A stretch of DNA of 64,000 bases from Neocallimastix sp. 'constans' (GCA_050613775.1 JBODTK010000001.1:620001-684000), one strand, 5' to 3'. Positions 10,251-22,954 are shown, counted from the first letter of the stretch. Translations and numbers: made by a program. The notes: generated from the letters alone by a model not told the origin.

Positions 10251-10751
10251 TTTTAAATAATTAGTAGTAATAATGTTATAAAAAAATTTTTTTTTTTTTT
10301 TTTATTTTTTATTTTTTTGTTTTTGTTTTTGTTTATTGATTAATATATATTTTTGTTTAAACTCGACAATCCGCCTACCACTTAATAGTAAACTTTTTTA
10401 ATTTTGAATAAGCTCAGCAATCCGCCGACCACTTAATAGTAAAACTTCTTTATTGAAAATAAGCTCAACACACCTGGTTGACCACTTATCAGTTATTATA
10501 AAATAAAAAAAAATAATATCCTAAAATAGGAATTATCTATTATTTCCGTCTTTGTAATTTTAATAACAATCCTTAAGCTAAGGTATTTTTCAACCAACAG
10601 CCGACAACTAAACAAAGACTTTGGTGGGATGGAAGATATTCCAAAAAATAAAAAAAAAATAATAATATGGTTAGTGTAGATTTTTTTTATAACTATTCTA
10701 AATGTTTCTAATTCTAAAAGTCTTATTCGCTGATAGTTACTATGAAATTTT

Positions 10752-10766
10752 CCGATATCTCCACCA
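10752..10766 (-). promoter_or_regulatory. tRNA-Ala PBS of A3, followed by a probable LTR starting at 10774
   Basis: CCGATATCTCCACCA, 7-nt spacer, then TGTTTTGGTTC. Confidence 0.8.
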
Positions 10767-11434
10767 CTTCTAATGTTTTGGTTCAGGGAAACATTAATAA
10801 CTATGAATAAGACACGAACTTATAGAGACACTATTTTATTTATTTATTTTTAATTATTGTTATTTATTTATTTATTTATTTTATTTAACAATTTATTACT
10901 TTTTATTTAACTATTTATTTATTTTTATTTACTAATTATTAATTTTTATTTAACTATTTTCTTATTTTTATTTACTATTTATTAATTTTTATTTAACTAT
11001 TTTTTTTTGTTTTTATTTACTATCTTTTTCCTAATTATTATTATTATTATTTTTTTTATTCTCTTTCTCTATTTTTTTTTATTATTCAAATTGCTTCTAT
11101 TTATACTTTTATTTTCAAAGTAAATTTGAAAAGCCATCTAAACATTTAGAAAAACAAAGAAAGATTTTATAATAATTATATTGAATTTTAATTATTAATA
11201 TAAAATATAATTAATTGTGATAAATATAAATATATTTATTAGTATAAATTAAACGTATTTATTATCGAGTATAATAATAATATTAAAAGTAATATTTTAA
11301 AAATAACAATAGATAATAATTTTATTAGTTGTCTATTATTTTATATTATATTTTTTTTTATTATTTGATAGAATTGATAAATGTTGTTAATCAACTTAAA
11401 TACCAATTATTACTATTTTTGGTTAATTAAAATA

Positions 11435-11630
11435 TTTTGTTAAACAATAAAATAGAGCAGTTCCTTCTAGATCTGTAATTCCGTAATTTCTTTCATGTTT
11501 AGTTAATGTTCTACTTATATAGTGTACAGGATGCTCTTTTTTTGTTTCATCATCTTTTTCTAATGGAGCACCATCAATGCCATCATACGATGCATCCGTT
11601 CGAATAATAAATTCTTTCTCGAAACATGGA
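11435..11630 (-). pseudogene. RNase H fragment of a family A-like pol
   Basis: Translates FEKEFIIRTDASYDG...EHPVHYISRTL...NYGITDLEGTALFYC. Confidence 0.85.
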
Positions 11631-14361
11631 AATTGCTAGCGTCCGTTTCTACAAAGAATTCTTTCTCTGGATCTGGATAAACTAGGATTTCTTCCGTCGT
11701 AAAAGCTTCTTTGAGTTTGTTGAAAGCATTGTCTGCCCTAACATCCCAAATGAAGGAAGAGTTCTTCTTCAAAAGCCGACGGAGAGGTTCAATGATCTCG
11801 GCAAAATTATTTATAAACTTCCTATAGAAGTTACAAAGTCCTAGAAACCCTTGGAGTTCTTTAATATTTTTTTGGGATAGGCCAGTCGATAACAGCTTTA
11901 ACCTTATTCCTGTCCATTGAAAGACCATTTACAGACACCACAAACCCTAAAAGAATAGTTTCTTTAACATGAAAATCACATTTTTCCAATTTCACGTAAA
12001 GGCCATTTTTAATTAGAAGCGACAATATTTTACGAACATGTTGAATATGTTCGTCCAAACTTTTTGAATAAATTATTATATCATCCAAGTATACTTGAAC
12101 AAATATGCCAATTGCATCATATAAAACATCCTGGATGAATCTTTGAAACACCGAGGGGGCATTTCTTAGGCCAAAGGGCATTACTAGGTATTCAAATTGG
12201 CCTAAAGGTGTTCTAAAAGCAGTTAAATATTCATGACCTTCTGACAAGGTTATACGCAGATCGAAGGTCCAAACGAGTGAATATTATTGCCCCCTTAAAA
12301 GATTCAATCAAGTCAACCAATCTTGGGATAGGGTAACTATTCCTAATATTCCTAATTGTAATAGAATTTAATTTTCTATAGTCAACGCAGAGTCGTAAGC
12401 TTCCATCTTGTTTTTTTACAAACAGGACAGGGGCACCAGCAGGTGATTTTGACTTCCTTATAAACCCCTTATCTAAATTTTTTTATAAATAGTTTTTAAG
12501 AGCTTCCATTTCGACTATCGTAAGAGAGTACACAGGTCCATAATATAATTGACCACCAGGGACTAGGTCAATAGATATATCATATTCACGATGTGGAGGC
12601 AATTTGTCTGCCTCTTTCTTTTCAAATACAATTTTCAAATCTTGATAGTATATGTTGATAATTTCATCTATATCAGTTCCATTTACTAAAGCGGCGCAAA
12701 TATCTATATCAAAAAGTTCGTCACCAGATATTGAGTATGTTTCTGTTTTATCTTTTGATACATTGTTGTTTTCGTTGTTTGGCAAAATTGCAGCAGAAAC
12801 ATCTTTAGAGTGAAAAATGAATTTATTCCCTTTTGCTGAAGGGCAGTGATTTCCGCAGTGGTTCTCTAAAAAGTAAATCTTGTTATTTTTGAAATCTACG
12901 TATGGCATATGAATACTCAACCAATCTCTTCCAAGGATGGCTGATATTCCCTGAAGTTGTAAGGTAGCTACGTAGAATTCAAAGCTTTCCTTGTGGTCCA
13001 TGAAGGCAAGGCCTAATTTCTTCGTTACTTGTCTTATATTCATACTTATGTTGTTCGGTTACTGAATGTTCAATGGTGAAGACAAGGTAGATATTTGAAT
13101 TCTGTTGGCGTTTACAAAGTCTCTACAGATGTAACTTCTTGCAGAACCAGAATCAATAAGGATGTTTATTTTCATTTTCTTTCCATTATTATTTAATATA
13201 AATGTAGTGGTCATTGAATTTGAGGTGTTTGGTGTATAGTTAGCCAAAAGGATGCTTTCTTTGTTTTGATTTTTTCTGAATTTCTTGTGTACTTTGTTGT
13301 TCTTAAATTCCTGTTTTGAATGCTCATCTCTTTTTCTTTTTTTGCGACTTGTTTGTTGACTTATTTGTTTTGGCTAGGTTGTTAATATAACATTTTTTAT
13401 CAATGCTGATGATTGAATTTGTTGCTTCAAAAAGGGTCTTTGGTTTTTAGATTTTATCGAACTCCAAACGAACCTCCTCAAGAAGGCCTCTCCGGATAAG
13501 GTCAATAAAAACATCGTCGTTCCAACCAATTCTTGACGCTAATCTTCTGAATTCATTAGTAAAGAAAGCTGCCTTTCCGAGGTGAAGCTGTTTAAGGTTC
13601 AAAAGTTCTTCAATTAAAACAATCCTTTGTTCCTTTGTATCTCCAAAATTTTCTAGCAATAACCTTTTAAATTCCTCATAGGTGAGAGAATTAAGTGTTC
13701 CATCAGCCTTGAGAGATAATCTCCATTTTTTAGCTGGTCCATAAAGTTTGCTGATAACGAAAGCGTTTCTAAAGTCGTCACTTGGGAACGAATTGGCATA
13801 TTCATCAAAGAACAATTCATACTGTTCCGTTAGTTCGTTTAGATTAAGCTTTGTGTTGTCTTCATTGCGGGCCAACACACCGTTAGGTGAAAAAAATGTG
13901 GGAATAAATTCGGTAATTACAGAGATTAATTTTGACGCTTCAGCTTCCTTAGTAGCTTCCATATTGATTAAATTCATTAAAATACTAAATAGACTTTTTA
14001 ATATAATAGATCTTTAAAATATCTTTAATATATGTATATAATTGTTAAATATAAATTATTTATATTAATAATAGAAATTTATAACTTCGGAGTCTAGAAG
14101 AACACTTCCAATATTTTAACAATAATGAGCATTTCCGACCAATTTTCCAGAAGCCCCTGAGTTTGAATGATAGTATGCGCTATACGACCAGCTTGCCTAT
14201 TAATGGTTTCTTGTTGCCGCGCTTCCACGATTGCAATCTGTTTACCATTAAAACAGACCAGTTCAGAGCCTCCCACACAGCTTGTCGTGAAGGGTAAACT
14301 TAATCCGGAAATCACTCAGTTACAAGACTCAGGCTACTCCTGCTTCTAAAGTTCGTACTAA
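11630..14361 (-). mobile_element. Degenerate Tf1-like gypsy element B2 (gag-PR-RT, truncated in RNase H)
   Basis: ORF pieces 13447-13977 (gag), 13059-13247 (LIDSGS protease), 12483-13043, 11861-12247 (YLDD) and 11560-11928 are homologous to B1; several frameshifts. Confidence 0.92.
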
Positions 14362-14582
14362 TTCTCATTATATTGTTTATTTTTGGAAATAACTTCTAGA
14401 ATCCTAAATTATAAATTAATATTATTAAATATAAAAAATTTAATTGTTAGTATAATTTATAGTATATAATTTACATGTTTATTATTATTGTTATTGTTAT
14501 AATTATTTTATTTAATAATATAATTTTACTATCTACTAGTATATACAATTTAATTTATATAATTATAATTTACTATTAAAAA

Positions 14583-14626
<44 letters not shown>

Positions 14627-14676
14627 TATTTATTTATTTATCTGATTGGAAAAAAAAAATTTTTTTTTTTTTTTTT

Positions 14677-14921
14677 TGTTAAAAAAGGGTTAAGAGACAC
14701 TCAACTTAATAAATACAAATATTGTTTTATTTTATATAGATAAGAATATGTTTTTAAAATATTTTATTATAAAGTATTTATTAATTATAAAATAGAGAAG
14801 ATATTTTTAAGAAGAATTTTATTTCTCTTAATTTATATAAGTATATTTTATTTATTTATGATAACTTATTGGTTAATGATATATTAAAAAACTTAAATGA
14901 TAAATGTTTATATTTTTAACA
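14677..14921 (-). repeat. 3' LTR of Copia-1
   Basis: TGTTAAAAA...TTTTTAACA inverted termini; adjacent PPT (plus strand TTCTCCCT). Confidence 0.8.
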
Positions 14922-14999
14922 TTCTCCCTAAAATCTAGCTTCTAAAAAAAAAACTCTTCATTAAAGAGAAAAAAAGAAGTAGATTTTCTATTAAGTAAT

Positions 15000-16802
15000 T
15001 TATGTTTTAGTGTGTAAGGAGTTTCTAAAATTATCCATTAATGTACTATTCAAGTATTTCGTAAAACCATCAGCTATATTATCTTTTGATTTAATATATT
15101 TTAATTTGATTATTTTCTTGCTGACTAAGTCTCGGATGTGGTGATAACGAATATCGATATGCTTTGATTTTGGATTTATCGATACATTTTCACTGTTATA
15201 AATGGTAGCTTTGTTGTCTACAAAAATTGTAATATCCTTAATATTTATATTTAACTCGCTTAAAAGATTTTTATACCATAACGCATGTTTTGCGCATTCG
15301 CTTAAGCTGTAGTATTCAGCTTCAGCAGTGGACGTTGAAACATAATGCTGTAGTTTAGAGAACCAGCTAGTTGGAGTAGGTCCCATCATCATAAGAAAAC
15401 CGGATGTGGATTTCCTAGATCCTGGATCGCCAGCATAATCTGCATCGACAAATATTTTGAGGTTCATATTCTTTTCTACCTTGATTCCGTAATTTATCGA
15501 TCCTCTTAAATATCTGAAAATTTTGAGCACGTTTTCCCAATCTTCTAATGTTGGTTGACGTACCTTTCTCGCTGCTCGAGTGACTCCAAACAAAATATCT
15601 GGTCGAGTGCATATGGCTAAATATAGTAGATTTCCAATAGCACTCCTATATGTTGTTTCATTAAATTTTGTCTTTCTTAGATTTTCATTTTCTTTTGGTA
15701 TAAAGTTTCTAAGCGGGGTTAATTTGTTTATTTTATATTTATTTAAAATATCTTTCACATACCTTGATTGATGAAGAATATAACCATTTTGGACCTTTTC
15801 AAATTTGATTCCAATAACGAATTCGACATCTCCAATATCTTTGATGTTAAATTTCTCTTTAATTGATTTTTTGACGTTATTTATTTCATTTTCCTTTCCT
15901 GCAATCAGAATGTCGTCTACGTAGACTGATAATATACAAATTATGTTTTTATCATTATCAAATTTTACATACAGACATGGTTCACTTTTAATTCTCCTAA
16001 AGTTCATTTTAAGTAACTCTTCATTTAATTTGTTGTTCCATTGTTTTCCGGCCTGTTTCAATCCATAAAGTGTCTTCTTGAGTTTCCAAAAATATTTTCC
16101 ATGAGAATAGTGTCCTTCAGGTGCTATCATGTATATATCTTCTTCTATTGGGGCATTTAAGTATGCCGAATTTACATCTATTTGTTTTATTTTAAAATTA
16201 TTTATAACAGCTATTACGGTAAATACTCTAAGTGTGTCCTGTTTTAGTGTTGGGGCAAAGGTTTCTTTATAATCAATTCCGTATTTTTGATTATAACCTT
16301 TCGCCACCAATCTGGCTTTCCTCTTGATGATATCTCCTTCGGAATTCCTATTTAGTTTAAATACCCATCTTGAAGATATTACATTGGTGTTTGGGGGAAT
16401 TTTTCTTATGATATCGAACACTTTAAGTTTCTCCATATTTGTTAGTTCTTCTTGGATTGCTTTTATCCATTCTATTTTATCCTTTAATTTGAATATGTCA
16501 TTATAATTTATTGGTTCTTTAAACTGATCTGTTAAGGGATTATTAACTTTATTGTTTTTGTTAGACTTAAAACGTTTATTTAATTTGTTATTGTTAAACA
16601 TTGACTTTCTTTTAGATGTGCTGTGTAATGAAAGGTTTTTATTTAATTGATGACTTAAAAAATGTTCGTTATTAATGTTATTTATAGTAAATTGTGATGT
16701 GTTGGTATCTGAATAATTTTCTATTAAATTGTTATTGATTTTACCATTATTATTAATTTCTCTTTCATTATTATTTTTGTTGTAATTTTTTGTTGTTTCC
16801 AT
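15000..16802 (-). CDS. Copia RT-RNase H portion (frameshifted from upstream ORF)
   Basis: KARLVAKGY, QIDVNSAYL, LYGLKQA, YVDDIL, DADYAG and KHIDIRYH motifs. Confidence 0.9.
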   Translation of the reverse strand: METTKNYNKNNNEREINNNGKINNNLIENYSDTNTSQFTINNINNEHFLSHQLNKNLSLHSTSKRKSMFNNNKLNKRFKSNKNNKVNNPLTDQFKEPINYNDIFKLKDKIEWIKAIQEELTNMEKLKVFDIIRKIPPNTNVISSRWVFKLNRNSEGDIIKRKARLVAKGYNQKYGIDYKETFAPTLKQDTLRVFTVIAVINNFKIKQIDVNSAYLNAPIEEDIYMIAPEGHYSHGKYFWKLKKTLYGLKQAGKQWNNKLNEELLKMNFRRIKSEPCLYVKFDNDKNIICILSVYVDDILIAGKENEINNVKKSIKEKFNIKDIGDVEFVIGIKFEKVQNGYILHQSRYVKDILNKYKINKLTPLRNFIPKENENLRKTKFNETTYRSAIGNLLYLAICTRPDILFGVTRAARKVRQPTLEDWENVLKIFRYLRGSINYGIKVEKNMNLKIFVDADYAGDPGSRKSTSGFLMMMGPTPTSWFSKLQHYVSTSTAEAEYYSLSECAKHALWYKNLLSELNINIKDITIFVDNKATIYNSENVSINPKSKHIDIRYHHIRDLVSKKIIKLKYIKSKDNIADGFTKYLNSTLMDNFRNSLHTKT

Positions 16803-18201
16803 TATAATTATTATTAATTGTGTTGTTTTTATTTATTGTAGAATCAACTTTATTATCATTGACTTTTTTATTTTCCATGAAATTATTTTCTTTATTATTG
16901 TTATTATTTTGAATAGTATAATTTTCATTGTTATTGTTATTGTTATTGTTATTGTTATTGTCTTTATTGTTGCTTTGAGTGTTCTTTTTATTGCTGTAAT
17001 TATTATTATGTTTTTTATAATTATCATTGCTGTAATTGTTATATTTTGAATAATTGCCTTCAAGGTGTTTTAAATTTTTAATAAAATTGTTATTTGTATA
17101 ATCAGTCTCTCTTAATTCGTTATTGGTGTAATGGAAATAAGTATTGCCAGGTTGATTTTCTAGGAACTCAACAGTTCTGGAAAGAATAATTTTGTGATTT
17201 ATAATATCTAGAATTTTATACGCCTTTGTATTTTCGCTATAGCCTAGAAAGATACCAGGATGAGAATTATTGTCAAATTTTGAGCGAAATTCTTTAGGGA
17301 TGAAAAAATAAACACGACATCCAAAAACTCGAAAATTGTTATAATTAACTGGTTTATTGTATAAGATTTCATAGGGAATTTTATTGTTAATTCCCTGATG
17401 AGGTAAACGGATATGAATAAAATTTGCAGTATCCACCGCAAACTTCCAAAAGTTATGGCTCAATTTCGATTCGTTTAGGAATGATTTGGCGCAGTAGATT
17501 AATGTACCGTTAAAGCGTTCAGATCGTTCGTTTTGTGCTGGATTAAATGGGACTGTAAATTGTTGAATAATCCCGTTAGTTTGGCTGAATTGTTCAAAAC
17601 TTTTGTTCTTAAATTCCTTACCATTGTCAGTTCGAATATATTTTATTTTAGTATTAAAAATATTTGATATTCTGTTATACCAGAGAGTAAATTTTTCAAA
17701 AGTTTCATATTTATTTGTAATGAAGATTATCCATCCAAAACGTGAAAAATCATCCAGGATTGTTAGAAAATATTTATAACCATTTAAGGAAGTTGTAACT
17801 GGTCCTACCAAGTCCATATGGATTAACTCAAAAATGTGAAAAGTTTTGTTTTTAACGTTTTTATATGGTTTATTTTTGAGTTTTGAGTTAATACATATTT
17901 GACATTTTTCTAGTGGAATTATTTTATTTAACTTATCTTTGACTAAGGAAATGTTGAAATGACCTAGGCGGCGATGCCAGAGGTCCATAATTTGGCTTTT
18001 GTTTAAGTGTGTGTAACTAATTTCGTTTGTGATATATAAATCTTTTTTATCGAATATTATTGGAAACTTTGAAAAATAAATTTTAAAAGTATTATTAAGA
18101 TTTGAAAGAATGTCACATACTCTATTACCATTATTGCCGTAAATTGTAGCTCCTGGTAAATTGTTAAAACTATTGAAAACGACTTTATAATTTTGTAACA
18201 T
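16771..18201 (-). CDS. Copia integrase portion (frameshifted)
   Basis: WHRRLGH...CQIC zinc finger, HMDLVGP, RTDNGKEF, FLGYS. Confidence 0.9.
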   Translation of the reverse strand: MLQNYKVVFNSFNNLPGATIYGNNGNRVCDILSNLNNTFKIYFSKFPIIFDKKDLYITNEISYTHLNKSQIMDLWHRRLGHFNISLVKDKLNKIIPLEKCQICINSKLKNKPYKNVKNKTFHIFELIHMDLVGPVTTSLNGYKYFLTILDDFSRFGWIIFITNKYETFEKFTLWYNRISNIFNTKIKYIRTDNGKEFKNKSFEQFSQTNGIIQQFTVPFNPAQNERSERFNGTLIYCAKSFLNESKLSHNFWKFAVDTANFIHIRLPHQGINNKIPYEILYNKPVNYNNFRVFGCRVYFFIPKEFRSKFDNNSHPGIFLGYSENTKAYKILDIINHKIILSRTVEFLENQPGNTYFHYTNNELRETDYTNNNFIKNLKHLEGNYSKYNNYSNDNYKKHNNNYSNKKNTQSNNKDNNNNNNNNNNNENYTIQNNNNNKENNFMENKKVNDNKVDSTINKNNTINNNYNGNNKKLQQK

Positions 18202-18225
18202 TAACTGATTAATTGATATTAAGTT

Positions 18226-19563
18226 TTAATATATTTGGTTTGAATAATATACATTCTTTAAAACAAATTTATGATTATTTATATATCCTTCAAAATTGCC
18301 TAAGTGACTTGCGATTATTTCTTTGCCATTTGGTAAAGATATATTTATTTTGCATTTTCTTATATTTGTTAATTGATTTAAATTATTTGTTATGCTGATG
18401 GAAGATCCAGAATCAAGTATCCAGCATGTGATATTGCTATTGTTGATTATGTCAGATTGATTGTTATTATTGATTATTGCGGAATTAATTTCAAAACACT
18501 TTTCAGTATTATAGTCAGTTGAAAAATCTTCCTGAATGTCGCTGTTATAATTATTTATATTATTAATATTATAATTGTTGTTTTTATCGGTATTTTTCTT
18601 GCTAGACTTATAATTTCTTTTGCGGTTTAATTTTCTACTTTTATTGATATATCTATTTTTCTTTTTATTGTTACTCTTTTTATTTCTCCAGCATTCCTTT
18701 TTATAATGACCAAATTTTCCGCACAAGTAGCATTTACCATTTTTTCTTTTTCTTTTGTTATTCTTTTTAATTTGGTCATTGTTATTCTTGTTGTGTGTTG
18801 TAACATTAAAGATACTTTGTTGATTCTCGGTTATAGTATTTTCTCTAATTTTTGAAAATATAATGTCTGGAATAATTCTCTCTAGATAACTGCAGCAACC
18901 CTTCCAGTTATTATTGAATTGAAAGACATTTACCCAGCGAATGTTTTCTGGTAAAGATCGATTTAACATCCCAACCTTTACATTATCGCTAAGGTCACTG
19001 TCTATTCTCTCAAGGTCATCAATTAAGTTTTGAAATTTTGATAGAAATATATGTATGTCATCTTCCATGTTGTATTTTAACTTATTGAGTTTATCCTTTA
19101 ATATCATCTTTTGATGTTCTTCTCCCATTGTGAACGAGTTATTAAGTAGTTTCCAAATTTCGTAGGCAGTTTTATTATGACTATTCAAAATCCTTTTAGT
19201 ATTTTCACCGAGACTGTTTGTGATTATCCACTTGACAAGTATATCATTTTTGATGTCTTCCGACGTTCCGAGTTCATATACAAGAGATGTATCAAATTTA
19301 TCCGTAATATAATCGTTTAAATTTCCTCTTATATCCTTTTTTCTTAATTTCTTGACCTTTTGATCCCCAATGTAGCTGTCTAAATTAATAATGCTTAAAA
19401 GGTAGAGGATGTTGGTTTTCCAATTTAAGAAATTTTCCTTAGTCAGTTCCGTAACATGATTAAAATTTTCTGAATAATTAAAGGAGAATCCCTTTGGGTT
19501 TGGATTTTCTTCAGTAATATTAGTTACTTGATTGTTATTAAGTCTATTTGTTCTTCTAGGCAT
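18226..19563 (-). CDS. Copia Gag-protease portion
   Basis: CYLCGKFGHYKKEC knuckle; WILDSGSS protease motif. Confidence 0.9.
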   Translation of the reverse strand: MPRRTNRLNNNQVTNITEENPNPKGFSFNYSENFNHVTELTKENFLNWKTNILYLLSIINLDSYIGDQKVKKLRKKDIRGNLNDYITDKFDTSLVYELGTSEDIKNDILVKWIITNSLGENTKRILNSHNKTAYEIWKLLNNSFTMGEEHQKMILKDKLNKLKYNMEDDIHIFLSKFQNLIDDLERIDSDLSDNVKVGMLNRSLPENIRWVNVFQFNNNWKGCCSYLERIIPDIIFSKIRENTITENQQSIFNVTTHNKNNNDQIKKNNKRKRKNGKCYLCGKFGHYKKECWRNKKSNNKKKNRYINKSRKLNRKRNYKSSKKNTDKNNNYNINNINNYNSDIQEDFSTDYNTEKCFEINSAIINNNNQSDIINNSNITCWILDSGSSISITNNLNQLTNIRKCKINISLPNGKEIIASHLGNFEGYINNHKFVLKNVYYSNQIY

Positions 19564-20402
19564 TTTAATTAATTTTGAAATATGTTGTTTAGAGTTTGTT
19601 TATTTTAATTGTAGTATTATTTTTATTGTGTTTAAAAATTGTACATTTTTTAAAAATTTTATTTACTTTTTATATGGTTTATTAATAGTCCTATGATTTA
19701 TATTAAATTTTGTATATCATTGGATATTGATTGTTATTATTTTAGGAACAAACTTAAATTATTATCATTCCTGTGAAAATGATCAATAATATGACTATCG
19801 TTTATATTAAATTAATAGAATTTTAAATTATGTAATATAATTCTGTTCAATAGTTTGACCATCCAATTGTTTAGGTTTATTTTATATTTTATTTTTGTAT
19901 TTTGTTTATATGTTATCGTAATATTCCCTGACTAAAGTTGTTACCTTTAAATTATTGTTTCATATTTTTATGATTCATGTGTGTGCCGTTTAATCATGTC
20001 ATAAGACATTATATTATTAATGTTTAATGATTGTTCTTTTGTTATTGGATATTTATTTAATTAAGTTTACATGTCATAATTTATCTGTTTATATTAACTT
20101 GGAAATATATTTAATATTTCTATTATGATTGTTTTTTTTTTTTTTTTTTTTTTTTGTTATGTTTAATGAAAATATGATTTTAAATATATAAATAAATACA
20201 ATAAATTTATTTATATTAAAATAATATTTTAATTAGTTATGTTTGTAATTGTTTTTATCCTTTAATGTAATCTTTTGTATAATATCGATCTCAAGCCCAT
20301 AATATTTTGAATTTCCTCTTGAAGTATATATGGCTTATATATTAATATTCATATAATTTTGAATTATATTTATTTTATTTAATTTTGTATTTTATTTTAA
20401 CT

Positions 20403-20578
20403 TTCAGCTTATCTGGTATAGCTGACCTTTTATTTTAACTCTCAGCTTATTTTGCACAGCCGACCTTTTATTTCAATTTCCAGCTTATTTTTGCATAACT
20501 GACCTTTTGTTTCAATTTTCAGCTTATTTTTGCATAGCTGACTTTTGTTTTGATTCTCAGCTTATTTTTGCATAGCTG
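20403..20578 (-). repeat. Tandem ~39-bp hairpin array in Copia-1 leader (5 units)
   Basis: TCAGCTT-N-AGCTGAC units near 20403, 20442, 20480, 20519 and 20557. Confidence 0.88.
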
Positions 20579-20676
20579 TAACGAGAGGGACACTCAAATA
20601 AGAGAAAACAATAGGCAACACTGAATATTAATAATAAGTAAAAAAAATGTTTTGTTAAAAATTGTTATATTTAATA

Positions 20677-20707
<31 letters not shown>

Positions 20708-22367
20708 TAAATTTATTTAAAATATTTAATTATTAATTAATCAATTAATATTGTAATATATCAAATTACTTATTATTAATTAATCAATTAATAAAAGCAC
20801 GAAGAAAATTTATTAAATACATTTTTTCTATGAAATAATACAGAAGTTATATTAAATACATTTTTTCATATAACAATTAATACATTAATTGGTATAATTG
20901 TTTTTAAATGAAATAAATTTTTAAAGAATAATAATTATGAAATAATTATTAATTAATAAGAAATAGAAATAAATTATAAAAATTTATATCAATTTCTTAC
21001 ACAACAACTGGTACAGGATTGAAGATTATTTTAAAAAAAATAATATATTCTAACAATTAAAAATTTAATTTTTCACTAACAAAAATAAATATTATTTTAA
21101 CAATTCTAATATAAATAACTTAAATAAATAGTTTAATAAAATTTATCTCTAAATTAAAACTAAATTACCTAACAAACTAAATATTTAAAACTAACCAAAA
21201 TTATTTTTATCCTTAACTATAATAAAACACAAAAACAAAACTAATCAATTTAACTAGAGAACAATTTAATTTCATTTACTTATTTATTTAATTATTTATT
21301 TATACTAATATTAAATATTTACTAATTCATTCTCGAAAAATTAAAAGAAAAATATAAAAATAAAGTTGAAAGAAGAGGAAGAACTAAAGTATTGTTTTAC
21401 TTTGTTCTTTTTATATCTTTAAAACATTTATTTGATTGGAGTAAAAATAAAAATATAAAATATAATAAAAATATAATAAAAAAATATAATAATTTTATAG
21501 TAGTAAAATATTATAAATATAATTTTAATATAATATTTAATATAAGAAAATAATAAAAATATAATAAAGTATAATAAAAATTTTATAATAAAAATATAAA
21601 ATAATAATAAATATAATTTTAATTATTTATAATAAAATATCTAATTGTTTACTATTACAATATTAAATAAATACAATTAATACATTATTTAAATAATTTA
21701 GTTATTTATACATATTTAATTTCCTTATTATATATTTTAATACTTTAGTATTTTATTCTTATTTATTTATTAATTAATCTTAATAGTTTTGTTAAGATAA
21801 TAACTGAATTTCAATTTCAATTTCAATTTCAATTTCAATAATTCAGTTATTTAAATTTCAATATTAATGAATAATATATAATAAATATTATTAAATTAAC
21901 TTTATTAAAATATTTAGGAATTAGTCTAGGCCAAATATTATTAACATATTGAAATTAATATATATTAAATAATGTAAACACGTGATTGTCATATTAAATT
22001 AATTTCTATATTATTTTATTATCAAAATCTTTGCATATTATATTGTAATTATAAAATATAATATTTAGCTATATTAGATTCTTATATTTTATTTATAATA
22101 AGTATTTATATTATTATCTTATTTTATATTATCAATATCAAACTTATATTAATACTACTACATATTCATATTAATAATTAATATTTTAATAATTAATTAT
22201 TTTATATAAATACATGTTTAAATCTTTTGATTAATCCTTTGTAGGATTATTGTAATTTAAATTATAGTAATACTTATATAAAATAATGTAATAAAATATT
22301 ATTAAGATTAAATAAAAACTTATTTATAAAATTTACTAATAACAATATGTTTTAAATAAGAAATAAA

Positions 22368-22781
22368 TTAAATTATTATAGATTTGAGATAGTCCATTAC
22401 GGTAATGCCTTCCTTGAATTTAGCATCTATTTGTTGATACATCTGAAGATAGTATTTATTAAAATCTTCTAATTCTTCATCCCTTTTTATAGTTATATTC
22501 TTCAGATGATCATAAAGTTCAATTTTTGATAATTTCTTTCTCCCTAATAGTCCTTTTCTTAGTTGAGCTAAAGATGGGAAGGATCTACTGATTTCTTTGA
22601 TTTCCTTAATGGCTTTACGAGCTTCACCATGTGAGGACAAGTAGGCTAACTGATATATTACCTCTGAGTCGGTTATTTTAGCCACTTTAAGGATAGCGTC
22701 AACATCTTCATACCAACGAATTACTTCTTGCTTATCGGTACTATCCAAGGTCGGCAAAATATTAATAATATTATAGTCCAT
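22368..22781 (-). pseudogene. Truncated gag of a tRNA-Pro-primed LTR element
   Basis: 137-aa ORF with gag-like core (KNITIKRDEELEDFNKYY) downstream of a PBS and LTR. Confidence 0.75.
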
Positions 22782-22937
22782 TTCTTTCGTTTGTCGTCAA
22801 CAGGCTGGCTTATATGTAGTTTATCGTACAGTATTATTTTATTTATTCTCAAATTTTTTTTTATTTATTACTCTTTATAATACTATTTATTATTACTTAT
22901 TATGTTTTTCATTAATATAATTAATTCATTTACTTCT

Positions 22938-22954
22938 TCCCGGATGAGCCCCCA
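22938..22954 (-). promoter_or_regulatory. PBS, tRNA-Pro type
   Basis: TCCCGGATGAGCCCCCA matches the eukaryotic tRNA-Pro 3' end (CCCGG A(C/T)GAGCC C CCA). Confidence 0.88.

Larger units (their letters stand above)
14677..20576 (-). mobile_element. Ty1/copia element Copia-1; 5' LTR and PBS not found
   Basis: gag-PR-IN-RT-RH order; 3' LTR preceded by purine tract AGGGAGAA; leader cut at 20577 by another TG-starting sequence. Confidence 0.92.

Noticed and set aside
20577..21010. LTR starting TGTAACGAG, similar to 62986
   Set aside because: Right end and TSD could not be established, so not called as a feature
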